A DNA stretch of 64,000 bases from Gammaproteobacteria bacterium. GTDB lineage: Bacteria; Pseudomonadota; Gammaproteobacteria; Ga0077536. Shown here piece by piece: positions 22,444 through 33,333 of the stretch (its first letter is position 1; every line of letters begins with the position of its first letter). The stretch covers positions 1,408,001 through 1,472,000 of the forward strand of contig CAXXLL010000003.1 of assembly GCA_963662545.2 (NCBI GenBank). Direction: 5' to 3'. A program made the position numbers and the translations under genes. The notes beneath the pieces were generated by a model. That model worked only from the letters and a program-made list of their open reading frames with translations. It had not been told where the DNA came from and searched no databases.

Positions 22444-24027
22444 ATGAATGGGGGTTATGCAACGCCGGAAATATCACTTGATGCGGCGGTGTTACAAGCG
22501 GAAAACACAGCCCTCAAAACGCAGGTCGCCACACTCACCCAACAACTCGACTGGTTCAAACGCCAACTGTTCGGTCGCAAGTCTGAACGGCGGCTGATTG
22601 ATCCCAATCCCGATCAACGGTTACTCAATGGCTTCGAGGATGAGTCGTCATCGACGGCGGCGGTTGAGAAAGAAACGATCACTTATCAGCGGCGCAAAGG
22701 AAAGCGCCGTGGCGATGATTGTGTGACTGATCAAGGGTTACGTTTCGATGACTCGGTGCCGATTGAATGCATCCAATTGTCGGTACCTGAAGATGTCGCG
22801 GATGCGTTTGAAGCGAGCAGTGAAAAGATCACCTATCGTTTAGCGCAACGGCCGGCGGCCTATGTGGTCTTGAAGTACATCCAACCGGTAGTGAAGCGCA
22901 AAAGCGACGGTCAGATCTTCACGATCCCGGCGCCCGATGGTCTGTGGTCCGGCTCATTGGCGGATGTGAGTGTGGTTGCGGGGATGCTGGTTGATAAGTT
23001 CGCTTATCACCTGCCGCTGTACCGTCAACATCAACGAATGGGGCTGAACGGCATTACCGTGGCGCGGTCGAGTCTGACGCACTGGGTGCAGAAGGCAAGT
23101 GACCTGTTGAAGCCGATTTATCTGGCGCAGTTGCGGCATATCTTGTTATCGAAGACGCTGGCGATGGATGAAACGCCGATTAAGGCGGGTCGCTCGGGCA
23201 AGGGCAAGATGAACGCGGCGTGGTATTGGCCAATTTATGGCGAAGCGGATGAGATTGCGTTCACGTTTGCGCGAACCAAGGCGCGGTCGCACATCGACAA
23301 AACGTTGGTGGACTTTAAAGGCACCTTACTAACCGATGGCGCCGCGGCTTATGCGCGTTTTGCCGCCGATCGCGGCGATGAAGTCGTGCATGCGCAATGC
23401 TGGGCGCACACGCGTCGTCAGTTCGAAAGGGCATTATCCGATAGGCCACAAAGTGCGGCGCAGGCACTTGATTTGATCGCGGCACTGTATGCCGTTGAGG
23501 CCACCATCCGTGACCAGGCAATGGATGAAGCGGCGACCCAGACCTACCGCAGCCGGTACGCCTTGCCTGCGGTTGATGCATTTTTTGCCTGGCTTGACGA
23601 GCAACGCCAGTGCATGGGTTTATTACCGAGTCAGCCGTTTACGAAGGCGCTGGCCTATGCAGCCGAGCGTGAGGGCGCGTTACGTGTTTACTTATCGGAT
23701 GCGAGCGTCGCGATCGACACGAATCATTTAGAGCGCGCTCTGAGACCCATTCCGATGGGCCGAAAGAATTGGATGTTCTGTTGGACTGAGGTGGGCGCTG
23801 AACACGTTGGGATCATACAAAGTTTGATCTGTACTTGCCGAATACACGGCATTAATCCGTACACCTACCTGGTTGATGTACTCCAGAGGATCGCGATCCA
23901 TCCGGATAGCGCAGTGGAACAACTCACGCCTCGGGTGTGGAAGACATTGTTCGCTACCCAACCGCTGCGTTCTAACTTGGCCGTCGTTACCGCAACACGA
24001 GATCAATTACCAGACGCCGCCGTTTGA
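22444..24027 (+). CDS. tnpC: IS66 DDE transposase TnpC
   Basis: KFAYHLPLYRQ, MDETP, CWAHTRR, DTNHLERALR, GRKNW. Confidence 0.95.
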   Translation: MNGGYATPEISLDAAVLQAENTALKTQVATLTQQLDWFKRQLFGRKSERRLIDPNPDQRLLNGFEDESSSTAAVEKETITYQRRKGKRRGDDCVTDQGLRFDDSVPIECIQLSVPEDVADAFEASSEKITYRLAQRPAAYVVLKYIQPVVKRKSDGQIFTIPAPDGLWSGSLADVSVVAGMLVDKFAYHLPLYRQHQRMGLNGITVARSSLTHWVQKASDLLKPIYLAQLRHILLSKTLAMDETPIKAGRSGKGKMNAAWYWPIYGEADEIAFTFARTKARSHIDKTLVDFKGTLLTDGAAAYARFAADRGDEVVHAQCWAHTRRQFERALSDRPQSAAQALDLIAALYAVEATIRDQAMDEAATQTYRSRYALPAVDAFFAWLDEQRQCMGLLPSQPFTKALAYAAEREGALRVYLSDASVAIDTNHLERALRPIPMGRKNWMFCWTEVGAEHVGIIQSLICTCRIHGINPYTYLVDVLQRIAIHPDSAVEQLTPRVWKTLFATQPLRSNLAVVTATRDQLPDAAV

Positions 24028-24073
24028 CCGGTTACGGTACAACAAACCACTAACACTCAAAGGAGAGAACAAC

Positions 24074-25316
24074 TGACCTAGCCCGGATTTCCTGGTCCAG
24101 CTTTAAAGTGATAAATAAGCTGAACACAGGAGAACCGAACCATGCCTTCGAAACGATATAACACTGAGGAAATCATACACAAGCTACGAGAAGCCGATGT
24201 TCTTCTCAGCCAGGGTAGGACCACCGGTGAGGTATGCAAGCAGCTCGGGGTGTCAGAGCAAACGTACTATCGGTGGCGCAAGCTGTATGGCGGCATGAAG
24301 GTGGACCAGGCGAAGCGCCTGAAGACGCTGGAAGTAGAAAATGCGCGGCTGAGGCGAGCGATCGCCGGCCTGACGGTAGACAAGCGGATCCTCAAAGAGG
24401 TGGCTGAGGGAAACTACTGAGCCCGGCGCGGCGGCGGCGGGCGGTGTCACAAGTGCAATCGACTCTGGGTGTCTCGGAGCGCCGGGTGTGCCGAGCATTG
24501 GGCGTATCGCGTTCCTCTGTCCGATATACACGGCAGCCCCGCTCCGACGAGTCGTTGCTGACGCGTTCCATCGTTCGTCTGGCCGGGCAGTATGGCCGCT
24601 ATGGATATCGTCGGGTTCATGCCTTGCTCGAATCGGAAGGATAGCAGCTGAGTCACGGGCGGGTGATGCGGATCTGGCGACGTGAGGGCCTGAAAGTGCC
24701 GGCAAAACAGCCGAAGCGTGGTCGGCTGTGGCTGAACGATGGGTCGTGCATGCGGCTTCGTCCTGAGCATCGCAGCCACGTGTGGTCGTGGGATTTTGTG
24801 TTTATCCGGACCGATGACGGACGGTCGGTGAAACTGATGGTGGTGATTGACGAGTTCACGCGTGAGTGCCTGGCTATCCATGTTGCCCGACGTATTCGGG
24901 CCGGCGACGCGCTTGAGGTCTTTGCCGACCTTATGACCCGGCCCGGGATTCCTGAGCACATCCGCTCCGATAATGGTCCGGAGATGGTGGCTAAAGTCCT
25001 TCGGCGGTGGTTGAAGCGATTGGGCACCGAGACGATTTACATCACGCCAGGGAGCCCGTGGGAGAACAGATACTGTGAGTCGTTTAACGGCAAACTCCGG
25101 GACGAATTACTGAATGGGGAAATCTTCTACACGCTGAAAGAAGCCCAGGTCGTCATCGAATCCTAGCGCCGGTACTACAACACGGTACGACCGCACAGTG
25201 CACTCGGATACCGTCCTCCGGCACCAGAAACCACAACCAGAGACAACAACTTAGCAACGATAGGAAAGGCCGCTTAGACTAACTCTCAAACTGGACCAGT
25301 TTTTACGGGCAGGTCA
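24074..25316 (+). mobile_element. IS3-family IS (IS407-like); orfA 24142-24420 intact, orfB with two TAG stops (24642, 25164)
   Basis: Ends TGACCTAGCCC / GGGCAGGTCA; GGGAAAC shift site; WSWDF, SDNGPE, ESFNGKLRDE; no TSD. Confidence 0.9.
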
Positions 25317-25639
25317 GCTTGTGAATTGACTTCCGTACGGCCAGCGACAATGCCTATTTCTACGCACTTTAGCTCTTCCTTTCACGCGTGATTACTCGGA
25401 GAGTGGGCTTTGTTTTTCGTGTATACCACTTAGCCATTTTCTTGAAGAAGTCTTGGCGAACCCAACACACGGAAACCCTCCTATTTTTCGCAGCAATACT
25501 TGGTTTACTTGTCATTCCTTCGCGAAGCCCTGCGACATATTGGCATCAGTCTCAGACCGCAATTTAGCACCCAATATGGAGACCGTTATGATGCGCGGCT
25601 TTCGAGCCCCGACGTTTCCGTAATATTATGGGTACGGAT

Positions 25640-26449
25640 TCAAGATTTGAATAACGTCGGAAATATTTCAGGATCTGCGTAATCAGGCTGTCCATCAACG
25701 GTCCTACGGCACAAGAGATCGTTAATATGGCCACCATCGCCTGAATATTCATATCTATTGTCTGCATCCTGCAGATGTATTGCGTAACCGTATCTACATT
25801 TTTCTGATAAGTTATTGAAACTACCATGAACTAATTTGCAGTGATGAAAACTGACTTGTCCCCGGCGCATTCGCAGCACAATCCGATTCGGAAAGTAGCC
25901 GCAGTTTTTGAAGCTGTCCTCTATCTTGTTCAGATCTTGCTCGTCGAATGTGTGCATATCGAATAAGAATGGCCATTCGTGGCTTCCATCCCAAACTACC
26001 ATGGCGCCATTGCTCTCATCGACATCCCTAAGTGGCACCCACGCCGATAACATCCGCGAAGACGAACAAGTCTTCCAATATGCTTTATCGGTATGCCACC
26101 CGATGACCGATGGCCTGTCTTTTACATATGGATATTTCATGATCAGTTGATCGTGAAACAAGCGAATCGAATTAGTTCTCGCTAATCGAGACGCCATGAT
26201 GGCAATTGGGGCCGAGTGTACAAATGCTTGTACTTCCTCAAGCTGTAACGATAAATAATCACTTTGAACAACGCCGCGAACTTCCTTATTAAGAAATGAA
26301 TCACTAATTGGAAGTTGCCAATCCCTCTCGCCGGCCGCGTACCGCGATATCCCGTTTTCAAGTAATGCTAGACGATCATCATCTATTACATGATCGCTCA
26401 CCCACCAACCGTGTTCTTCGTAGAACTCTACGTCTTTACTCTTGATCAA
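25640..26449 (-). CDS. phytanoyl-CoA dioxygenase (PhyH) family Fe(II)/2OG dioxygenase
   Basis: WHTD...HGS facial triad, AWVPL, GQVSFHH. Confidence 0.9.
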   Translation of the reverse strand: MIKSKDVEFYEEHGWWVSDHVIDDDRLALLENGISRYAAGERDWQLPISDSFLNKEVRGVVQSDYLSLQLEEVQAFVHSAPIAIMASRLARTNSIRLFHDQLIMKYPYVKDRPSVIGWHTDKAYWKTCSSSRMLSAWVPLRDVDESNGAMVVWDGSHEWPFLFDMHTFDEQDLNKIEDSFKNCGYFPNRIVLRMRRGQVSFHHCKLVHGSFNNLSEKCRYGYAIHLQDADNRYEYSGDGGHINDLLCRRTVDGQPDYADPEIFPTLFKS

Positions 26450-26465
26450 TGTGCTAGCTCACTGA

Positions 26466-27755
26466 TTACGAAAGAGGAAGAGTTACGGGGCTTAATGCAT
26501 CAACAACCGGGGCAGAAGGGGCCATCAATGATCCTGCCCAACACTGGCTGTATTCTAAATAGGTACTCGATTTCCTTTCGTAACGAGCTATTACTTCATC
26601 TTGTAGTTCCGACGCGATATCGCTTATAGATTGTTCCGCAAAAACGGTTAAGGAACCTTCGTCCTTGCTTTCTCGCCAAAAGAAAGAAAGCCGACCACAA
26701 GAGGGCGTGTGCGCTTCCAATGGATCGCGCTGAAGTTGCTTCCTAGTGGATAACAATTTCGTACTAAGGCCAGCTAATTCAAAGTCTTCTAACGGATGGT
26801 GGTCACCAACAACGAAAATTGCTGGGTCAACTTCACCGCTTGCACCAAGCTGGCGACACAACAGTGCTTTTTGCTCATGGTACAGCGCACGCCTTGACAG
26901 CGACGATATAAGTGCGCTCGATATATTTTGTTGAGATCCATCAAAATTTCTTAGCGGAATTAGCGTTCCCCGGAAGTACGCTCCTCCAGCTTTTAATTCC
27001 GTTGCAGACGTTCGTCCAAGCGACGTAGTGCCAATTATTAGGTCATTGAGTCCAAATCTATCGCAGATTACGGAAGCCACTGTGCGTAAGATATTCATGA
27101 ATACAGTTACTCGGTTTCTTTTCGCGTCGCCGCGAATACGTTCCACAGTCCTTCGTGCGAGAACGCGGCGTCGGCTTAATGTGATATTTGGCAACTGAGA
27201 AGTCCTTGCAAACGGATCTACAAAAGCAGGCTTGACTTCGCATAAGGTTTCCTGCAATCGCTCAAGATCAGAAGAAGATGATTCCACGGGCTTAGGACAA
27301 TAGGATTTTTGCGGTTCGTATACTTCGTTACGTTCGCTCGATTCCAAATTTCTTGAGTAAGATTCAGAAATACATTTACTATACAGGGGAATCGACCAGC
27401 CATCAGCTATAGAGTGATGGAACGTTAAAAGTAAGAGCGCTCGGAACCTCCCTAAAAAGACAATCCGATATCGGAAATATTGGCCCCGCGAAACGGCGAG
27501 CGGCGTTAACCTCTCCTCGAGCACTCGCGCCTCTAGTGGACATGCAGTTCTTTCAAGATCACGTTCGTCGAAATGTTCGCATAGCGGCTCGTCAACGGCT
27601 CCTACTCCCTGATAACGACTCGTTAGCTCATTAATTGCTTCGCTGAATGCTTTAACTTCGAAGTGACCGTCTAGTCCAATCGCGTACGAAAGGTTTAGTA
27701 CGGACGGATCACGACAGGCTCGATGATATTGCATTAAAAATTCTTGAGTGCTCAC
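26466..27755 (-). CDS. stand-alone NRPS condensation-domain protein
   Basis: TFHHSIADGWS catalytic motif; ~430 aa. Confidence 0.85.
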   Translation of the reverse strand: MSTQEFLMQYHRACRDPSVLNLSYAIGLDGHFEVKAFSEAINELTSRYQGVGAVDEPLCEHFDERDLERTACPLEARVLEERLTPLAVSRGQYFRYRIVFLGRFRALLLLTFHHSIADGWSIPLYSKCISESYSRNLESSERNEVYEPQKSYCPKPVESSSSDLERLQETLCEVKPAFVDPFARTSQLPNITLSRRRVLARRTVERIRGDAKRNRVTVFMNILRTVASVICDRFGLNDLIIGTTSLGRTSATELKAGGAYFRGTLIPLRNFDGSQQNISSALISSLSRRALYHEQKALLCRQLGASGEVDPAIFVVGDHHPLEDFELAGLSTKLLSTRKQLQRDPLEAHTPSCGRLSFFWRESKDEGSLTVFAEQSISDIASELQDEVIARYERKSSTYLEYSQCWAGSLMAPSAPVVDALSPVTLPLS

Positions 27756-30700
27756 AGACGTACCGCATAGGTGTAGTAGACGCTAGTACCTGTGTGAATA
27801 TTCTCCTGCGTTCTTTGAACGTGATATCCCAAAGTGGATAGGCGCTCTTCGATTTCGCAATTGCGTGAACATCTATGCTCTATTACGAGCTGCCGAATTA
27901 TCGGCCAATGCTCCTGCTGGACGCCGTCAATAATCTGGATTGCGCCTTCGTTAACGTCGATCTTTAATAAGTCTATACACTCAAGGTCAAAGTCTGATAT
28001 CACGTCCGACAATGACGTAACATCACAAAAGATTTTTTCCTTCAGTAGTCTCTCGTCAATTAGCTTATCCATCTGCGATCTTGGTATGTCATCCGTTACT
28101 CCCAGAGCACGAGAAATCACCGCACTAAGCAATTCTCGATCGCTGCTCGTGCTAGACATAAGTGAAGACATTCCGCTTAATCTGGGATAGTAATCGAGCT
28201 CTGCACGACCTGAGAAATCCGAAATCGCGCTCTCTATCATTTTCGCGCGTCCCGCGAATTCATTGAGATTGTGCCTAAATGACTCGGCTAACATTGGACA
28301 TGGTTCGAAGGCGACAACTCGAGACGCTTCGTACGACGAGAGTACGAAATAGGAAAATAGGCCAATATTAGCGCCGACATCTAGGACGGTCGCATTGTTC
28401 GGAAGCGTAATCCCATTTTGGAGATAGACATTTCGGACGAATATCTCATCGTAATAATGTCTAGCTTCTGCTGAATTCATCGCTTCTACTCGAATCCCAT
28501 TAGGCATTTCAAGTACAGAGAGAGATGCTCCAAAATCGTTCTCGTTGGCCGCTGCTCTAACACCAGCACCCCCGTGTATGGAATTTTCTACTTCTTTAAT
28601 GAAGTCGCGTAGAGTCGTTCCTCCGAGAAGGTGTTCTAGCGGCAAACTTATACCGAAACATTCATTTACTTGGGAGAGCACCTGAATAGCCGAAAGTGAA
28701 TGACCACCCATTTCAAGAAAATCGTTGTCAACCGATATATCGTCGGCATGCAAGAATCTTAGCCATATCGTTTTAATCTGAGCCTCAAGATCATCAGAGG
28801 AATTGGAAATTTGTGTTTTTACTTTAGCGCTTAGGAGTCGCTGTCGATCAATTTTCCCGTTCGCGTTTAGCGGTATCTCTTCAACAACTTTGATTGCGCC
28901 AAGCCCGGGAATCATATGAGCTGGTAGATTTTCCGCAAGAAACTCCCGTAGCCGACGTGCATTCAGTTCCGTTTTCTTTCCTTGAACTATTAAAGAAATA
29001 AACGGTCCTCCTGGCCCGCCCTGCTCTATATGTGCCGCAGTTAACTCAACGGAGGCGAACATCGCCGCGTGGGCTTCTATGTCACCAAGCTCTATACGGT
29101 ACCCGCGCAATTTTACTTGTCTATCCCGTCTCCCTATAAACTCAATCTGGCCATCGTGTGCTAACTTGCCCACGTCTCCGGTCCGATAACAAGTCGAATC
29201 CCGATGTTCAACGTAGAGGTTCGTACAGAATCCACCATCGTCGTGATCACCTAAATTTACGTACCTACCGTTAGCTATGGTGCCTCCAATAACTATTTCA
29301 CCGGCTACTCCAATAGGACATCTGCGACCCGCTGCATCGATAATATAGACAACCGCGTTATCGATTGGCTGCCCAATCGAAGGTTTTCGATTCCAACGAA
29401 GTGGCGATCCCTCAAGTTGATGGGAAGTGGCGACATGCGTCTCTGTCGGGCCATATTGGTTGATTAAATTAGCCTTCACATGTCGGAAAAATCGAATAAT
29501 CGCAGGCGATATCACTAACGCTTCACCGGCCACAATTACTTCTTCCAGATTAGTCAACGGCGTGTCACGTTCATCAAATATCTCCGATATTTGAGTAAGC
29601 GTAACAGGTGGCACAAAGATTCGCGTAATGTTCTTAGAATCGATCAATTTTATTAAGTCCGTTACGTTCGACCTTTCTTTTTCCGATGCGACGATAAGAG
29701 TCCCGCCGAAGCATAACGTCGAGAATATTTCTTGAAACCCCACATCGAATGCTAGAGACGAGCGGTATAAACTACGTCGCCCGCAATCGCCGGACATTGA
29801 GTTTTGCCAGTAAACAAGGTTAGTTAACGTCGAATTTCGAATCTCTACAGCTTTTGGAATCCCTGTTGATCCAGAAGTAAATAGTACGTATGCGACACCA
29901 TTTATACCTATAACGTCTGCTGGGAAGGATGGCTCGCCACTAGCCGGTAGCTTGTCCAAGTAAATTGATTGTATCCCTGGAAAATCAACCCCATCCAAAG
30001 AATCATCGCATACCAGTTTGGTAAGATTTATTGCCTTAAAAATAGCTTTCAATCGGAAAACTGGAAAAGTCCAATCGACTGGAACCGGTGTTGCCCCAAC
30101 TCGTAATATGGCGATGAGTATCTCTATTTGTTTGAAACTAGGTCTGACAGAAAGCCCAACACAATCACCTGTACGAATACCTACGGATTTAAGGTTCGAA
30201 GCAATCCGCGTGGCGCTTTCATTGAGTTCGCGATATGTGTAAAGATACCCGCCGTCTTCTATCGCTATATGATTAGGGTTAAAATACGCGAATTCTGAAA
30301 ATAGCGCGTATACTGATCCAATCAAATATTCTGGCTTTACGCGTCCAGACCCTGTGTCGTTTAAGTGTCGCAGCTCAGCATCTCCCAAAAACTCTATCTC
30401 GCCAATCGATGCATGCGGGTTGGTTTTCAGAAGTTTCAGATAGCATTCAACATGGCTTAAAAATGACGTAGCTACACTCTCATCGATTAGGTGCTTGTCA
30501 TAAGCGCACAAAAGCTGCAGCGTATCGGTTGAGTAACATAAGTACACATCATAGAAAATCTCTGGTAGCTTATATTCCTCTGTATCTAATATACCTACGA
30601 GAACCGAAAAATGCCGTTGCGATTGATCCCCATATATGCGATCGCCAACAACTTCGTGCTCACTTGAATTCTGGACCTCATTGAGCACCTGGGCGATCGT

Positions 30701-30985
30701 ATTCGAAAGGCGCACGGAGAATTTTTGGGCTACGATAACGTCGTCAGCCAACTGAACTCCTAAAGTCAAAATATCCTCTAGGGCATAGCCTCTTAGAACA
30801 CATAGAGCGCCTGCGCATAATTCAACTAAGCCCAAGTTATCGAGGCTCTCATTGACTTCGATATTCCTTGCGACCTTTGCGATCTGAGGTGAACGAATCT
30901 TGGAACGCGACGCTCGTAATGGGAGGGACGAAATTTCGTCGAACGAGATCCCATTCATCGCAACACCTTTTTCGATCTTCGACAT
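27752..30985 (-). CDS. NRPS-like protein: partial C - adenylation - thiolation - FkbM methyltransferase
   Basis: YVLFTSGSTGIPK, YGPTE, YRTGD, QVKLRGYRIELG, NGKIDR; GGHSL; VLDVGANIG, AFEP, LLKIDV. Confidence 0.93.
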   Translation of the reverse strand: MSKIEKGVAMNGISFDEISSLPLRASRSKIRSPQIAKVARNIEVNESLDNLGLVELCAGALCVLRGYALEDILTLGVQLADDVIVAQKFSVRLSNTIAQVLNEVQNSSEHEVVGDRIYGDQSQRHFSVLVGILDTEEYKLPEIFYDVYLCYSTDTLQLLCAYDKHLIDESVATSFLSHVECYLKLLKTNPHASIGEIEFLGDAELRHLNDTGSGRVKPEYLIGSVYALFSEFAYFNPNHIAIEDGGYLYTYRELNESATRIASNLKSVGIRTGDCVGLSVRPSFKQIEILIAILRVGATPVPVDWTFPVFRLKAIFKAINLTKLVCDDSLDGVDFPGIQSIYLDKLPASGEPSFPADVIGINGVAYVLFTSGSTGIPKAVEIRNSTLTNLVYWQNSMSGDCGRRSLYRSSLAFDVGFQEIFSTLCFGGTLIVASEKERSNVTDLIKLIDSKNITRIFVPPVTLTQISEIFDERDTPLTNLEEVIVAGEALVISPAIIRFFRHVKANLINQYGPTETHVATSHQLEGSPLRWNRKPSIGQPIDNAVVYIIDAAGRRCPIGVAGEIVIGGTIANGRYVNLGDHDDGGFCTNLYVEHRDSTCYRTGDVGKLAHDGQIEFIGRRDRQVKLRGYRIELGDIEAHAAMFASVELTAAHIEQGGPGGPFISLIVQGKKTELNARRLREFLAENLPAHMIPGLGAIKVVEEIPLNANGKIDRQRLLSAKVKTQISNSSDDLEAQIKTIWLRFLHADDISVDNDFLEMGGHSLSAIQVLSQVNECFGISLPLEHLLGGTTLRDFIKEVENSIHGGAGVRAAANENDFGASLSVLEMPNGIRVEAMNSAEARHYYDEIFVRNVYLQNGITLPNNATVLDVGANIGLFSYFVLSSYEASRVVAFEPCPMLAESFRHNLNEFAGRAKMIESAISDFSGRAELDYYPRLSGMSSLMSSTSSDRELLSAVISRALGVTDDIPRSQMDKLIDERLLKEKIFCDVTSLSDVISDFDLECIDLLKIDVNEGAIQIIDGVQQEHWPIIRQLVIEHRCSRNCEIEERLSTLGYHVQRTQENIHTGTSVYYTYAVRL

Positions 30986-30991
30986 ATATTC

Positions 30992-31849
30992 TTATATCGA
31001 GCCAAGTTTGGGCCACAAAACTGGACAAATTTCTGGATCAGAATAATCAGGCGCCCCAGAAGCATCAGGCTTGCACAGGACATCATTCACGTGCGAGTAA
31101 ATCTTCCCGCGCTCGTCTTGAGCGCGCTTATATTTGTTATCGCCATCCTGGACATGCACCGTTAGTGCCACTCTAGTATTTTTTTCGACGTTTTCTCCGC
31201 TTCCGTGAATTAGGGACGCATGATGAAAACTAACTTGCCCAGGATCAATTAGTATCTCGACTACCTCTAGATCCTCGCCATCTGATTTAACCCGCTTAAT
31301 TATTTCGTTGAGATTGCGATGTCCGAACGTTCGCATCCATTCATTGCCGGCCCAACGATGACTTCGAGGAATAACGAGAAGCGGTCCCATTCCACTGGAA
31401 TATCGATTAAGCGGAATCCACGCAGTCATCATTTGCTGTGAGCTACACGTCTGCCAATACGCTTTATCGACGTGCCAACCAACTACTGGTCCACAATTAC
31501 CGTCTTTGCAAATAAGCTGATCATGGAAAAGCCGTATGATCTTCGCTCCCAAGAGGGCTGCAAAGGCGCGGCCTAGGGAGGGGTAGGTAACCAGATCATT
31601 TATCTCTTTACACTGAAGGGAAGCGTAGTCGTTTATCCTTAAGCCCTCAGGGTGTTCGGGGCGCCAGTCCAAGAAACCTGCGGAAACAGGCATCATCCAA
31701 TCCCCTTCGCCAGCGTAGATGCGTTCGGCTCCATACAGAGCCGCTTCAATTAGGGTAGAAGGGAGAAATGGGGGGCTTATTACGTAACCATAATTCTCAA
31801 AGTGCTGGATATCGTCTGCTGACGGAAAGGTAATCGAGTGTTGAAACAT
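30992..31849 (-). CDS. PhyH family Fe(II)/2OG dioxygenase (paralog of 25640-26449)
   Basis: WHVD...HGS; shares IRLFHDQLI, DKAYWxTCSS and PDYxDPEI with its paralog. Confidence 0.9.
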   Translation of the reverse strand: MFQHSITFPSADDIQHFENYGYVISPPFLPSTLIEAALYGAERIYAGEGDWMMPVSAGFLDWRPEHPEGLRINDYASLQCKEINDLVTYPSLGRAFAALLGAKIIRLFHDQLICKDGNCGPVVGWHVDKAYWQTCSSQQMMTAWIPLNRYSSGMGPLLVIPRSHRWAGNEWMRTFGHRNLNEIIKRVKSDGEDLEVVEILIDPGQVSFHHASLIHGSGENVEKNTRVALTVHVQDGDNKYKRAQDERGKIYSHVNDVLCKPDASGAPDYSDPEICPVLWPKLGSI

Positions 31850-31962
31850 GACCTATTTGGAGTATTAGTGTTTTCGGATGTTAATAGTCGGTATCTGATA
31901 AAGCCATCGTTCACCAGTAGGCGAATGAAGATAACGAATTCGCGATTAAACTATCACTGATT

Positions 31963-33333
31963 GTGACGAAATGGCAGATGCTTCCTGTGGATGATGTAAT
32001 CGTGATTGGCGGCGGGCTAACGGGCTCTGCTTTAGCAGGTCAAATTTTGATGAAAGGTCTAAAAGTGACGGTGCTCGAATCCGGTATCCACAACTTGGGG
32101 GCACACATTTCAACCGACCCTCGATTGCAATTTGGTAGTGAAATGCGCAATCGCGTAACTAGAGGTCTGTTATGTCCCGTTCCTGGAAGTGGAAGAATAG
32201 GGGCATCAAATCGAAGACTTGACTTCCAAGTCGGGATCGGTAATGGGGGCGCTGGCTTGGTATGGAACGGAGTGAGTGAGCGGATGGACTGCACAATCGA
32301 AGCTTCACAGCTATTTCTGAAGAACTCGGTCGAGCCCGGCTACGCGATAGCGGAAAGAATTCTGCAAGTGGAAGATTCCGTATCGCTAATGAATTCTGCC
32401 GCAGTGCACCAGTGCGATTTTAGATTGAGGCCGCTTCGAACTGCGACAAAAAAAAGTGGACCAATCACTCGTATACCTGGACCAGCCGATCTAATCGATG
32501 AGAAGCTCGAACATCGGCTGACTGTTATTCTAGGCCGGACGGTTAAACGAATGGATATTCGTTCTGGGCGAGCGGTAGCCGTCTTCGCGCACAACGTTTT
32601 TACAAACGAAATGGAAAAGTACCAAGCGGACCGATTCGTGATAGCTGCGGATGCGATTCGCTCCCCCGAGATCCTATACGCCTCGGGCCTTCTCCCCGAG
32701 CCTGGCTTTCCTATTGGGCGATTTGTAACTGATCACCCTATTGCCGTGGCGCGCGTAAACGCAGATACGGATCTTGGGAATACTTTCAAGGAAATCGTCT
32801 CGCACCAGCAAGGTAAACAATTCTGTCGGGGCGTAGTTCTAGAAGATGCGCCGTACGGAGCATTGCGCCTGATCATGGATACACCGTGCAAGTCGCCTCA
32901 GGATAGGACTCTCGCCCTTTTCTGGTATGGCGTCGGACATCCAAAAGAAAATAACCGAATAGAATACAAACGAGAGTGGCTAAACGGGGGTTACATTGTA
33001 ACGAACACGAAAGTCAGAATATCAGAGGATATGTGTGATCCAAAAGAATTAGATGTTCTGGTTGAAGACATGAAGGTTGTTGCGAGCGAGTTAGGCGCGT
33101 TCCAACGTGGGTGGTCGCCTAGATTACTACCAATAGGATCCGCTGCCCACGCGTTCGGTACTCTTCGTACGGCAATTCATAGCGCCGATGCGAGCGTCAC
33201 AGAATGGGATGGGAAAGTAAAGGGCCTAAGCAATGTATATGTCGTCGGGCCATCACGAATACCTGTACCGTCCGCGTTCAACCCTGCCTTGACTTCTATC
33301 GCGGCGGCTGTCGTCACAAGTTATTCTATATAG
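31963..33333 (+). CDS. GMC-family FAD oxidoreductase
   Basis: VIVIGGGLTG, GGAGLVWNG, DHP, HAFGT, NPALT. Confidence 0.85.
   Translation: MTKWQMLPVDDVIVIGGGLTGSALAGQILMKGLKVTVLESGIHNLGAHISTDPRLQFGSEMRNRVTRGLLCPVPGSGRIGASNRRLDFQVGIGNGGAGLVWNGVSERMDCTIEASQLFLKNSVEPGYAIAERILQVEDSVSLMNSAAVHQCDFRLRPLRTATKKSGPITRIPGPADLIDEKLEHRLTVILGRTVKRMDIRSGRAVAVFAHNVFTNEMEKYQADRFVIAADAIRSPEILYASGLLPEPGFPIGRFVTDHPIAVARVNADTDLGNTFKEIVSHQQGKQFCRGVVLEDAPYGALRLIMDTPCKSPQDRTLALFWYGVGHPKENNRIEYKREWLNGGYIVTNTKVRISEDMCDPKELDVLVEDMKVVASELGAFQRGWSPRLLPIGSAAHAFGTLRTAIHSADASVTEWDGKVKGLSNVYVVGPSRIPVPSAFNPALTSIAAAVVTSYSI

Larger units (their letters stand above)
21681..24035 (+). mobile_element. IS66-family IS, intact
   Basis: IRs GTAACCGGTCAA / TTGACCGGTTAC; 8-bp TSD GGTACAAC; three ORFs. 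Confidence 0.95.

Noticed and set aside
25640-31849. Fe/2OG halogenases
   Set aside because: Both keep the HxD carboxylate ligand (HTD, HVD) rather than HxA/G
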